The notes under the pieces are model-generated. The model was not told the origin of the DNA. It made no database searches and saw only the letters and a program-made list of their open reading frames with translations. This document shows positions 55,936 to 64,000 of a stretch of DNA of 64,000 bases, piece after piece (the stretch's first letter is position 1; every line of letters starts with the position of its first letter). Location: positions 7,057 to 71,056 of the forward strand of contig JAKSLZ010000002.1 of NCBI GenBank assembly GCA_024400935.1, written 5' to 3'. Origin of the DNA: Muribaculaceae bacterium. Its GTDB lineage: Bacteria; Bacteroidota; Bacteroidia; Bacteroidales; Muribaculaceae. The translations under genes and the position numbers were made by a program.

Positions 55936-57117
55936 ATGAAAAAGTTTTTATCTTTCATGGTTGCTGCCGCAACTCTTTGCCCGGCAGTTTACGCAACTGA
56001 AGCAGCTGAAGCTCCCGAGGCTGAGGCTGAAGCTGTAGCTGAAGCAGCTGCTGAAGCAGCTCCCCAGCAGTCAGATGTTGAGAAGGTTCTCGCTAAGATG
56101 CCTAAGATCTCTGGTTATCTGCAGACTGGTTGGAACTTCACAAGCGACAAAAACAAATCTACATCTTCTTTCCAGGCTAAGCGTCTCCGCTTGATCATGG
56201 ACGGTAACGTAGGTCCCAAGGTAGCATTCCGCTTGCAGATTGAGGCTTTCAACGGCATCAAAGGCTCAACCAACGGCAATGGCCAGAAGAACATCCAGGT
56301 TATGGACGCGTTCGCAACTTACACTGTAAGTCCCGCTTTCAAGGTTCGCGCTGGTCAGTTCTACACTCCCCTTGGCTATGAGAACTATGACATCTCTCCC
56401 GCAACTCTGGAGACTGTAGACTTCTCTAACATCGTTTACCGCATCGCTTGCCGCAACCCCTACGAGTACAACTTGGTAGACTACGGTCGTGACCTCGGTG
56501 TAATGTTCATGGGTGACCTCGGTGACAGTGGCAAGGGCTTCAAGTACTTCCACTATGATGTAGCAGTGACTAACGGTTCTATCCCCTGCAAGGATGATCC
56601 CAACAACACTAAGGATATCTATGTAAGCGCAACTATCCGTCCCTTCAAGAACTTCAACATCAAGGGTACTTTCAACTGGGGCGAGTATAGCTCACAGGCT
56701 CTCGCTGGTGGTACTGGCGCTGTAGCTCCCACAGGTGTTAACAAGTACAACCCCATGACTCGTTGCGTTGTTGGTGCATGGTACAACGATCCCAACGGTC
56801 TTGACGTACGTGGTGAGTATGGTTTCATGAAGTCAAAGGTTGACGGCAACAAGGTTGTTGATGAGAATGGTGCATATGCACTCGTTGGCTACCACGCTGG
56901 CAAGTTCCTCCCCCTCGTACGCTGGGATATGTACAAGGACAAGATGAACGAGACAGCTGCTGGTAACAACTACAACCGCATCCTCGTTGGTCTGACTTAT
57001 CAGCCCATCAGCAACGTTAAGGTTCAGCTCAACTACGGTCACTACATGTATGATGAGGACAAGACTGGTCTTAAGAGCAGCGAGCAGGTTCAGCTCATGG
57101 GTCTCTTCAAGTTCTAA
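55936..57117 (+). CDS. Outer-membrane porin (OprO/OprP-like)
   Basis: Signal peptide; KISGYLQ, KRLRL, MDAF, RAGQFYTP, GRDLGV, C-terminal FKF. Confidence 0.8.
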   Translation: MKKFLSFMVAAATLCPAVYATEAAEAPEAEAEAVAEAAAEAAPQQSDVEKVLAKMPKISGYLQTGWNFTSDKNKSTSSFQAKRLRLIMDGNVGPKVAFRLQIEAFNGIKGSTNGNGQKNIQVMDAFATYTVSPAFKVRAGQFYTPLGYENYDISPATLETVDFSNIVYRIACRNPYEYNLVDYGRDLGVMFMGDLGDSGKGFKYFHYDVAVTNGSIPCKDDPNNTKDIYVSATIRPFKNFNIKGTFNWGEYSSQALAGGTGAVAPTGVNKYNPMTRCVVGAWYNDPNGLDVRGEYGFMKSKVDGNKVVDENGAYALVGYHAGKFLPLVRWDMYKDKMNETAAGNNYNRILVGLTYQPISNVKVQLNYGHYMYDEDKTGLKSSEQVQLMGLFKF

Positions 57118-57256
57118 TTCTTGACGAATCTTTTTCAAAAAATTAAAACCATTAAGGTGGGCTTAATGAGCCACACTTGGTTAGTTGGACCCACCTTAAA
57201 TTCATAGACTTTTTAATAAATCATTATTAACTAACCAAACAAAAAACTAAATTATT

Positions 57257-58252
57257 ATGAAGAAATTATTAGTTCTTCTCGCTGCTTGCAGCCTCGGTAT
57301 GGCTGTTAACGCACAACACCTCGGTACTGAGTATCGTTTGAAGAAAGTCGTAACTGTTCCCGGACGTCAGGGCGTAGCTGCTGATAAGAATTACTTCTAC
57401 ATCAGCGACACTCGTGGTCTGTATGTTTACGATCACAACTGGAACCTCGTTAACAAGCGTGTAAAGAGCGACAGCGATCCTCTGTTCAACAATCCTGATG
57501 TAAACAACGGTGGTGCTAACCACTTCGGTGACATCGACGTTTATGATGGCAAGATCTACACAGGTAACGAGTACTTCAACCTGGGTCGTGGTCAGAACAT
57601 CTCTGTTGACATCTACGATGCTAAGACTCTCAAATATATTGAGTCAATTCCTTGGAAGCCCGAGAGCGGCCAGGTAGAGGTATCAGGTCTTGCTGTTGAC
57701 CGCGAGCGCAATCTCGTATGGCTCAGCGACTGGGTAGACAGCCGTTATGTATATGCTTACAGCCTCGAGACTAAGCAGTACTACACTAAGGTTCAGTGCC
57801 GCCCCGAGCCCTACTGGTGCCAGGGTATCTTCATCGTAGACGGAACTATGCTTCTTGCTGCTGATGACGGTGAGTCAACTTACCACATCGCTGACAACGT
57901 TTACAAGATGGACATCACAGGTGCTCCCTTCACCGGCCTCGTTGACGGTACAGAGCCCGTTAAGGACACTCCTTGGAGCGTTAAGACTGACAAGAAGGGT
58001 GCTGTTGTAAAACGCACTGGTAAGATCGCTGGTGGCGCTATGGGTGGCAAGGTTACTCTCCTCCGTGAGATGACTGACTTCCGTCGCGCTGGTGAGATCG
58101 AAGGTCTCTGCATCGATCCCAACACTGACGACCTGATGGTTCTCAACAACCGTGGTACTCAGATCATCCTTGGTATGAGCCAGGGCCCGTTCACTGGTGA
58201 AGGTTACACTGGTGAGATCCACGAGGTTTATGTATATGAGAAGATCAAATAA
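57257..58252 (+). CDS. Secreted hypothetical protein, probable beta-propeller
   Basis: Signal peptide; blade-like repeats GRQGVAAD, HFGDIDVYDGKIY, EVSGLAVD, CQGIFIVDG, EIEGLCID. Confidence 0.7.
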   Translation: MKKLLVLLAACSLGMAVNAQHLGTEYRLKKVVTVPGRQGVAADKNYFYISDTRGLYVYDHNWNLVNKRVKSDSDPLFNNPDVNNGGANHFGDIDVYDGKIYTGNEYFNLGRGQNISVDIYDAKTLKYIESIPWKPESGQVEVSGLAVDRERNLVWLSDWVDSRYVYAYSLETKQYYTKVQCRPEPYWCQGIFIVDGTMLLAADDGESTYHIADNVYKMDITGAPFTGLVDGTEPVKDTPWSVKTDKKGAVVKRTGKIAGGAMGGKVTLLREMTDFRRAGEIEGLCIDPNTDDLMVLNNRGTQIILGMSQGPFTGEGYTGEIHEVYVYEKIK

Positions 58253-58290
58253 TCTATATTGATTATTTAGAAATTTCATAGATGATCTCG

Positions 58291-58325
58291 CCCGTGCTGC
58301 TCGTTAGAGCGGCACGGGTTTTTTT
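58291..58325 (+). terminator. Rho-independent terminator of the glp operon
   Basis: CCCGTGCTGCTC-GTTA-GAGCGGCACGGG followed by T7. Confidence 0.85.
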
Positions 58326-58374
58326 ATAGCCTTTATAGCTGGTATAGCCTTTATAGAAGGTATAGCCTTTATAG
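58325..58374. repeat. 9-nt-period tandem repeat (TATAGnnnn x6)
   Basis: TATAG at 58325, 58334, 58343, 58352, 58361, 58370. Confidence 0.8.
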
Positions 58375-58652
58375 TAATTTTTTTTGAGGGAGGGTGGATG
58401 GTGTGTGGGAGGGGCTATTGAGTGGTGGGGTGTTGTGGGTGTGTTGTATTGTGGAGTGTGTTGTGTGTTGTGGGGTGTGGGGAGGTGACATTTTTACAAT
58501 TTTATTTCCCATTTTTACTATTTTAGCAGTTAACATCTTTGATGTTAGCGCTTTTTTTTATAATTTTGTAGGAGGTAAAATTGATAAATAAATTCTTTAA
58601 GACAAAACATAAATTATTAATATATTAATTCATTGATTAACTTCAACTTATT

Positions 58653-60059
58653 ATGGCAAATTTTTTAGCTCCTCCCGCTCACAAGCCTGAGCAAACCGGA
58701 CCTGAAGCCGATGCTCGTTACAAAGCATTACGCTGGCAAGTCTTCTTCGGTGCCTTCATTGGCTATGCTGCGTTCTACATTGTGCGCAAGAACTTGTCAA
58801 TGGCGATTCCGTCAATTACCGAGTTGACCGGTGGTGCAATCACCAAGGGTGACCTCGGTACTGTATTGGCAATGAATGCCGTTGCTTATGCATTTGCTAA
58901 GTTCTTCATGGCAACAATCAGCGACCGCAGTGATGCCCGCAAGTTCCTTCCCCTGGGTTTGATTTTGTCAGCCCTCTCGATGATGTTCATGATTGTCCCC
59001 ATCGCAGGACTTGACATCGCTAACAATCCCGGCAACAAGTGGTTGGCTATCATTATTATGGGTGTGCTCAACTTCCTTGTAGGTTGGTTTAACGGTATGG
59101 GTTGGCCTCCGTGCGGCCGCGTGATGACTCACTGGTTCTCACAGAACGAGCGTGGCACATGGATGAGTTTCTGGAACTGTGCCCACAATGTGGGTGGTGG
59201 TCTCGTAGGCCCCATGGCTACTTATGGCGCACTGTGGTTTGGTAACTGGTTCTATGGCACTCACGAGGAACTTTACTTCCTGGCTGGTACGTTTATCTTC
59301 CCGGCAGCAGTGGCTCTGCTCGTTGCAGTTATTGCTTACTGTCTGCTCCGTGACAATCCTCAGAGCTGTGGTCTCTCTTCAGTTGAGAAGTGGCGCAACG
59401 ACTTCCCCAAGAATTACAGCGCTAAGAGCGAGGAAGTTCTCTCAACTAAGGAAATCCTTTTCAAGTATGTCCTCAACAACAAGATGCTGTGGTTCGTAGC
59501 CCTGGCTAACGCATTCGTTTACCTGGTGCGCTACGGTGCTCTTGACTGGGCTCCCACACTGCTTACTGAGAAGGGTATCGACATCAAGAGTGCAGGCTGG
59601 GCTTACTTTGCATTTGAGTATGCTGCAATTCCCGGTACTATCATCTGCGGTTGGATTAGTGATAAGGTGTTCAAGGGCATGCGTGCACTTCCCACCATCA
59701 TCTTCATGGCTCTCGTGGCTATCTTTATCGTGATTTACTGGCAGGCTGGTAACAACTTGACACTTAACCTTATTGGTCTCGTGGGTATTGGTTTCTTTAT
59801 CTATGGTCCCGTGATGCTGATCGGTGTTCAGGCACTTGACCTCGCTCCCAAGAATGCTGCAGGTACTGCAGCTGGTCTCACCGGCTTCTTCGGTTACTTC
59901 TTTGGTACTGCAGTGCTCGCTAACACACTGCTCGGTTACATTGCTGAGATTAACCTGAATGGCACATTTATCCTGTTGCTTGCAGGTTGTGTTCTCTCAA
60001 TCCTCTTCATGGCATTCACTTACAAGGAGGAACGTCACCTGATGAAGGAGAAGAAATAA
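58653..60059 (+). CDS. glpT: Glycerol-3-phosphate transporter
   Basis: YKALRWQVF..GYAAFYIVRKN, SDRSDAR, GMGWPPCGRVMTHWFS..ERG, WNCAHNVGG, IYGPVMLIG..ALDLAPKNAAGTAAGLTG; TAATTTTG promoter motif at 58561. Confidence 0.92.
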   Translation: MANFLAPPAHKPEQTGPEADARYKALRWQVFFGAFIGYAAFYIVRKNLSMAIPSITELTGGAITKGDLGTVLAMNAVAYAFAKFFMATISDRSDARKFLPLGLILSALSMMFMIVPIAGLDIANNPGNKWLAIIIMGVLNFLVGWFNGMGWPPCGRVMTHWFSQNERGTWMSFWNCAHNVGGGLVGPMATYGALWFGNWFYGTHEELYFLAGTFIFPAAVALLVAVIAYCLLRDNPQSCGLSSVEKWRNDFPKNYSAKSEEVLSTKEILFKYVLNNKMLWFVALANAFVYLVRYGALDWAPTLLTEKGIDIKSAGWAYFAFEYAAIPGTIICGWISDKVFKGMRALPTIIFMALVAIFIVIYWQAGNNLTLNLIGLVGIGFFIYGPVMLIGVQALDLAPKNAAGTAAGLTGFFGYFFGTAVLANTLLGYIAEINLNGTFILLLAGCVLSILFMAFTYKEERHLMKEKK

Positions 60060-60087
60060 TCCTCTTAGCAGGTAATTAAATAACAAT

Positions 60088-60125
60088 AAAGAGGCTGTCT
60101 CGTAGTGATCGAGGCAGCCTCTTTT
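60088..60125. terminator. Terminator after glpT
   Basis: AAAGAGGCTGTCTCG/CGAGGCAGCCTCTTT. Confidence 0.8.
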
Positions 60126-60128
60126 ATT

Positions 60129-60263
60129 TCTAGGTTTTTTAAAGCTCTCTAGGCTCTCTAGGCTCTCTAAGCTCTAGGTTCTCTTAGCTCTCTAGGTTTT
60201 CTAGGGGTTGTGTGGGGCTAGAGGCTTTCTTTTTTTCTAGCCCCTCAATCTAGGAGGGGCTAG
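60129..60263. repeat. CTAG-rich degenerate ~9-nt repeat (CTCTCTAGG) ending in a hairpin
   Basis: About ten CTAG in 135 nt; CTAGCCCCTC/GAGGGGCTAG hairpin at 60237-60263. Confidence 0.65.
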
Positions 60264-60275
60264 GGGGGAGAGTCG

Positions 60276-62786
60276 TTACTTGGTTTTGTTCTTGAGGACC
60301 TGCATCCAGTAGCCGCCTATCACTGAGCGGGCACGGAAGCTTACCCACTGGCCGCTGTCGGTGTGGTGCCAGTCGCTGATGGGCACGCGTGAGGTGGTCT
60401 CGTTGATGAACTTGTGCACGGGGTCGGTGAGCGCTTGGAAGGTATCCATGTCGCTTGCCATGGCGGCTGTCCACATGATCCAGTCGTTCTTAGTGTACTC
60501 GCGACGGCAGTCCAGAGGCAGGCCGTAAGCGTTCTGCTTGGTGAGGTAATACTTCACTTCCTTAGCGGTCACGTCGTCAAAGAGGTGGGTTCCCCACATG
60601 GTGTCCCACACCATGTTGTACTTCTGGCTCCATGTGTCGGGGCGGTCAAAGGCGAGGCGGTAGTGGTCACCACCGTCGGCAGCCATCTCTTTCCACTTTG
60701 CAGCCATTTCCTTAGCCTTAGCTCCATACTGTGCCGCCACGTCGCTCTTGCCCATCATCTTGGCCAGCTCGGCATAGGCCTGAACGCCCATGATGGCTTT
60801 GATAGAGAGGTTGGCGTTGTGTGCCCAGTGACCGGCGAAGTCGTCGGTACAGAGCTGGTTGGTGGGATCAAGGCCGTTTTCTACCAGATAGTCGGTCCAT
60901 GTAGTGAGGATGTCCCAGTACTGGGCTGCATAGTTGGCGTTGCCCTCAGCCTTAGCGATGGCTGCGGCAAGGATTACCATGTTGCCGCTTTCTTCCACGG
61001 GCATGTCGCCGCTGTAGGCCTGTCCGTTAGCGATGGGGTAGGTGCCCAGGTCGTGTGCCGCAAAGGGCTTGTTCCAGCGGTGTGTGCGGCTGTATTCAAA
61101 GATACTTGTCATCATGCCCTTCTGCAAGTCGGGGTTGTATGCCAGGAATAGGGGGGCAGAGGGATAGGTGAGGTCGACGGTGTTGATGCAACCGTTAGAG
61201 TTGTTCTCCTTAGAGAACCACATGAGGCGGCCGTCGGCATCTTCAAAGAGCTTGTGTGCCGCCATCACCTGACGGTAGCTGGCTGCGAGCACCTCGGCAT
61301 ATTTCTTGCCACCTGCCTTGAGACCGTCGTTGTAGATTGTCTCGTCCACGCGGCGGCAGTGGTCCATGATCTCGTCGTATCGTGCAGCATATTTTTCAAA
61401 GCAGTCAGTGATTGAAACTTTGCCGCCGTGGGCCCAGTAGCCCTTGCGCAGGTCGTGCATGTACTTGATTGAGTACACGTCGTCATATCCCATCATCATG
61501 TATCCGCTGGCGGGGGCGTCCTTGGTGACGATGCCCAGGTTCTCGGTGTAGGCCATTGAGGGATAATTGCGGCCCTTGAGCGATACAACCTCGGTGCCGT
61601 TGCTCACAGCATAGCCACGGTTGATAAACTGCATGCGTGTGTCGCTGCCCAGTGCCACGCTGCCGCAGCTACGTCCTGCCACGTAGGCATAGCCCCAGTC
61701 GCAGCATATCTGGTCGCCGGCGCGGTCACAGTAGGCCTGAGAGATAGTTCCGCCCTTGGCATAGCTGAGGTTGCCATGGGTGAATGTGGTGGCTACAGTA
61801 GCCTGCGACTCCTCGCGCACAGCCATCTCGGGAGTGGTCTCCAAGTAGAGCTGCACGTCGTGTTTCTTCTTGTCGAGCGCACGCACGCGGTAGCTGATGT
61901 AGTTGACGGGAGTCGACAGCAGGTCAAGGTCGTCATAGACCTGCGGAGCGGTGAACACGAGGTCCAGCTCAACTGGGCCGCAAGCCATTGTGTAATAAGT
62001 GGATGTGGCCATCACTGTGCACGACTTCTGCACGGCCGTGTTGTCAAAGTTGACGGTGCCTCTCTTCTCCTTGTAGAGGCCCATGTCGAGGTAAGCGCCG
62101 CCCGAGCCGTTGTGCACGTGTGCGGCCAGCATGTTCTTGCCGGGCTTGAGCAGTTTCTTTTGCTCGGGGGTGAGCTTGTGCTTGAAGCCCAGGCCCCATC
62201 CGCCACCTCCCACGAGCTTGACGCCGTTGAGGTAGATATCATAGTCATCGTCGTGTGAATAAACGAGGTAGATGTCACCGTCCTTGCTCAGGTCGCCCAC
62301 CTCGATGGTGCGGCGCACATAGATATCGGTGTTGTTGCCTCCCCAGGGCGACTGCACGCGTGGATACTCGCCCTGTGAGCCCCAGGCAGCCTTTTCGCGG
62401 CGCCACGATGAGTCGTCATAGGTGGGTTTGTTCCAGTCGTCGCTGGCGGGCTTGCTTCGCATCACTGCAGCTTCCCATGTGGCCTCGTCGGTCATGGGGA
62501 TGATAGTTTCCAGTGCCAGTTTGTCCTTGCCCAGGAAACGGTAGGTCTTGCCGTCAACTCGCAGGGCACCCAGCAGCGGGCGGTACTGGTCGCACCAGTG
62601 CTGTGCGCTCTGGTCCATGAGGTTATCGCTCATTGACCACACTGAGAAGAATGGGTCGCTGGTGAGCAGAGGCACTGCGGGCAGGCGCAGGTCGCTCTGT
62701 GCCACAGGTGTGAAAACATCGGCTGCTACAGCGGGGCATGTGGCCATGGCTGTCGCAGCAAGGGTGGATAGTAAGATTTTTTTCAT
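60276..62786 (-). CDS. Secreted GtaA ('glutaminase A')-like protein (DUF4964/DUF5127/DUF4965/DUF1793 architecture)
   Basis: LRLPAVPLLTSDPFFSVWS, HDDD insert, FSKENNSNGCINTVD, AAHDLGTYP, MPVEESGNM, QLCTDDFAG, WSQKYN, FRARSVIGG. Confidence 0.85.
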   Translation of the reverse strand: MKKILLSTLAATAMATCPAVAADVFTPVAQSDLRLPAVPLLTSDPFFSVWSMSDNLMDQSAQHWCDQYRPLLGALRVDGKTYRFLGKDKLALETIIPMTDEATWEAAVMRSKPASDDWNKPTYDDSSWRREKAAWGSQGEYPRVQSPWGGNNTDIYVRRTIEVGDLSKDGDIYLVYSHDDDYDIYLNGVKLVGGGGWGLGFKHKLTPEQKKLLKPGKNMLAAHVHNGSGGAYLDMGLYKEKRGTVNFDNTAVQKSCTVMATSTYYTMACGPVELDLVFTAPQVYDDLDLLSTPVNYISYRVRALDKKKHDVQLYLETTPEMAVREESQATVATTFTHGNLSYAKGGTISQAYCDRAGDQICCDWGYAYVAGRSCGSVALGSDTRMQFINRGYAVSNGTEVVSLKGRNYPSMAYTENLGIVTKDAPASGYMMMGYDDVYSIKYMHDLRKGYWAHGGKVSITDCFEKYAARYDEIMDHCRRVDETIYNDGLKAGGKKYAEVLAASYRQVMAAHKLFEDADGRLMWFSKENNSNGCINTVDLTYPSAPLFLAYNPDLQKGMMTSIFEYSRTHRWNKPFAAHDLGTYPIANGQAYSGDMPVEESGNMVILAAAIAKAEGNANYAAQYWDILTTWTDYLVENGLDPTNQLCTDDFAGHWAHNANLSIKAIMGVQAYAELAKMMGKSDVAAQYGAKAKEMAAKWKEMAADGGDHYRLAFDRPDTWSQKYNMVWDTMWGTHLFDDVTAKEVKYYLTKQNAYGLPLDCRREYTKNDWIMWTAAMASDMDTFQALTDPVHKFINETTSRVPISDWHHTDSGQWVSFRARSVIGGYWMQVLKNKTK

Positions 62787-63044
62787 AAAGTGTAAGAACG
62801 TTTTTCGTTGTTATGTTCAGTATGCTTTATAAAAATAACGCATCTTGAGCTTGTTTTATTGTGGCGAGGTGCCAATTTACTGTGCTTGTGGCAAGGTGTG
62901 GAGCTGGAGGGTGGTGAAGCTGCGATGGACTGTGATTTTGCAATATGGGATTTTTTTCGTACCTTAGCAAATTATTTGGTGCAGTGTATGGTGGCCCGTT
63001 GTCGCCGTGCACTTGTATCAGTGTACTTAAACTACTGACAATAA

Positions 63045-64000
63045 ATGACAAACGAAAGAAAAATACGCGTTGGCATTACCCAAGGGGATACCAACGGAAT
63101 AGGGTATGAGGTAATACTGAAAACACTCTCGACGCCCGAATTTTGTGAATTGTGCACTCCAGTCGTGTATGGCTCGAGCAAAATCATGACCTTCCACCGC
63201 AAGGCCATCGAGATGCCGTCGTTCCCGGTCAACAACGTGCGCAACGGCAACTTCAAGGAGGGTGCCGTTAACCTCGTGGAAGTGATGGGCAACGAAGAGG
63301 TGAAGGTCGAGATGGGCCAGCCCGACAAGCAGGCCGGTCGTGCAGCCTTCCTGGCACTTGAAGCCGCTGTGGCAGCGCTCAATAATGGTGACATCGATGT
63401 GCTGGTGACTGCTCCCATCAACAAGGAAAACATCCAGAGCGAACATTTCACTTTCCCCGGACACACCGAGTATCTTGAGGCTTGCACCGGCGAGGGCGAC
63501 AAAGCGCTGATGGTGCTGTGCAACGAACGCCTGCGTGTGGCGCTGGTGACCACTCACCTGCCCATAGCCCAGGTGCCTGCAGCCATCACTCCTGATGCCA
63601 TCATGGAGAAACTGCGCATCTTCAACCAGTCGCTCAAGCGCGACTACTGCATAGGCAAGCCCCGCATTGCCGTGCTATCTCTCAACCCCCACTCGGGCGA
63701 GAACGGTCTGCTTGGAGCCGAGGAGAAGGATGTGATCATCCCCACCATCAAGGCTGCTTATGAAAAGGAGCGCATCATGTGTTTCGGTCCCTATGCTGCC
63801 GACGGTTTCTTTGGCAACGGTATGTTTAACAAGTTTGACGGTGTGCTGGCGATGTATCACGACCAGGGCCTCGCAGCCTTCAAGACGCTGGCAATGGACG
63901 ATGGCGTCAACTTCACTGCCGGCTTGCCCGTTGTGCGCACCAGCCCTGATCATGGCACAGGCTATGACATCGCAGGCAAGAACCTGGCCCACGAGAACTC
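63045..64000 (+). CDS. pdxA: 4-hydroxythreonine-4-phosphate dehydrogenase (runs off window)
   Basis: Manual translation from ATG 63045: KIRVGITQGDTNGIGYEV..TAPINK..FPGHTEYL..LNPHSGE..AMYHDQGL..VRTSPDHGTGYDIAG. Confidence 0.95.
   Translation, partial: MTNERKIRVGITQGDTNGIGYEVILKTLSTPEFCELCTPVVYGSSKIMTFHRKAIEMPSFPVNNVRNGNFKEGAVNLVEVMGNEEVKVEMGQPDKQAGRAAFLALEAAVAALNNGDIDVLVTAPINKENIQSEHFTFPGHTEYLEACTGEGDKALMVLCNERLRVALVTTHLPIAQVPAAITPDAIMEKLRIFNQSLKRDYCIGKPRIAVLSLNPHSGENGLLGAEEKDVIIPTIKAAYEKERIMCFGPYAADGFFGNGMFNKFDGVLAMYHDQGLAAFKTLAMDDGVNFTAGLPVVRTSPDHGTGYDIAGKNLAHEN

Noticed and set aside
63027-63992. Minus-strand ORFs at the window end
   Set aside because: They are antisense to pdxA, which the ORF track missed because it runs off the window.

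Overview
The window is chromosomal DNA from a Bacteroidales organism (TAnnTTTG -7 promoters recur; gene content is Muribaculaceae/Prevotella-like). Housekeeping genes: rsmI, dacB, valS, tRNA-Trp, ugd, wzc, capD-like, lpxB, rpiB, ruvC, rlmN, partial pdxA. There is a large glycerol-3-phosphate locus (GDPD-SGNH fusion, glpR, glpABC, two GlpT-type MFS transporters, HAD phosphatase, porin, unknown secreted protein), and four secreted proteins carry dockerin-like motifs. The most unusual signals are non-coding. (1) An AT-rich four-helix-bundle gene upstream of lpxB is flanked by two mutually inverted arrays made of a constant 9-nt linker alternating with variable mini-hairpins. (2) A collapsed Ser/Thr-kinase/FGE(CLec) gene remnant keeps a DGR-type variable-region-like end plus a downstream hairpin, with no reverse transcriptase in the window. 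(3) A 148-bp element with perfect 24-bp terminal inverted repeats sits directly upstream of a phosphoethanolamine transferase. (4) Microrepeats with 9-nt period follow two terminators. I found no CRISPR array, prophage or transposase. All family assignments come from motif recognition by eye, not database searches.
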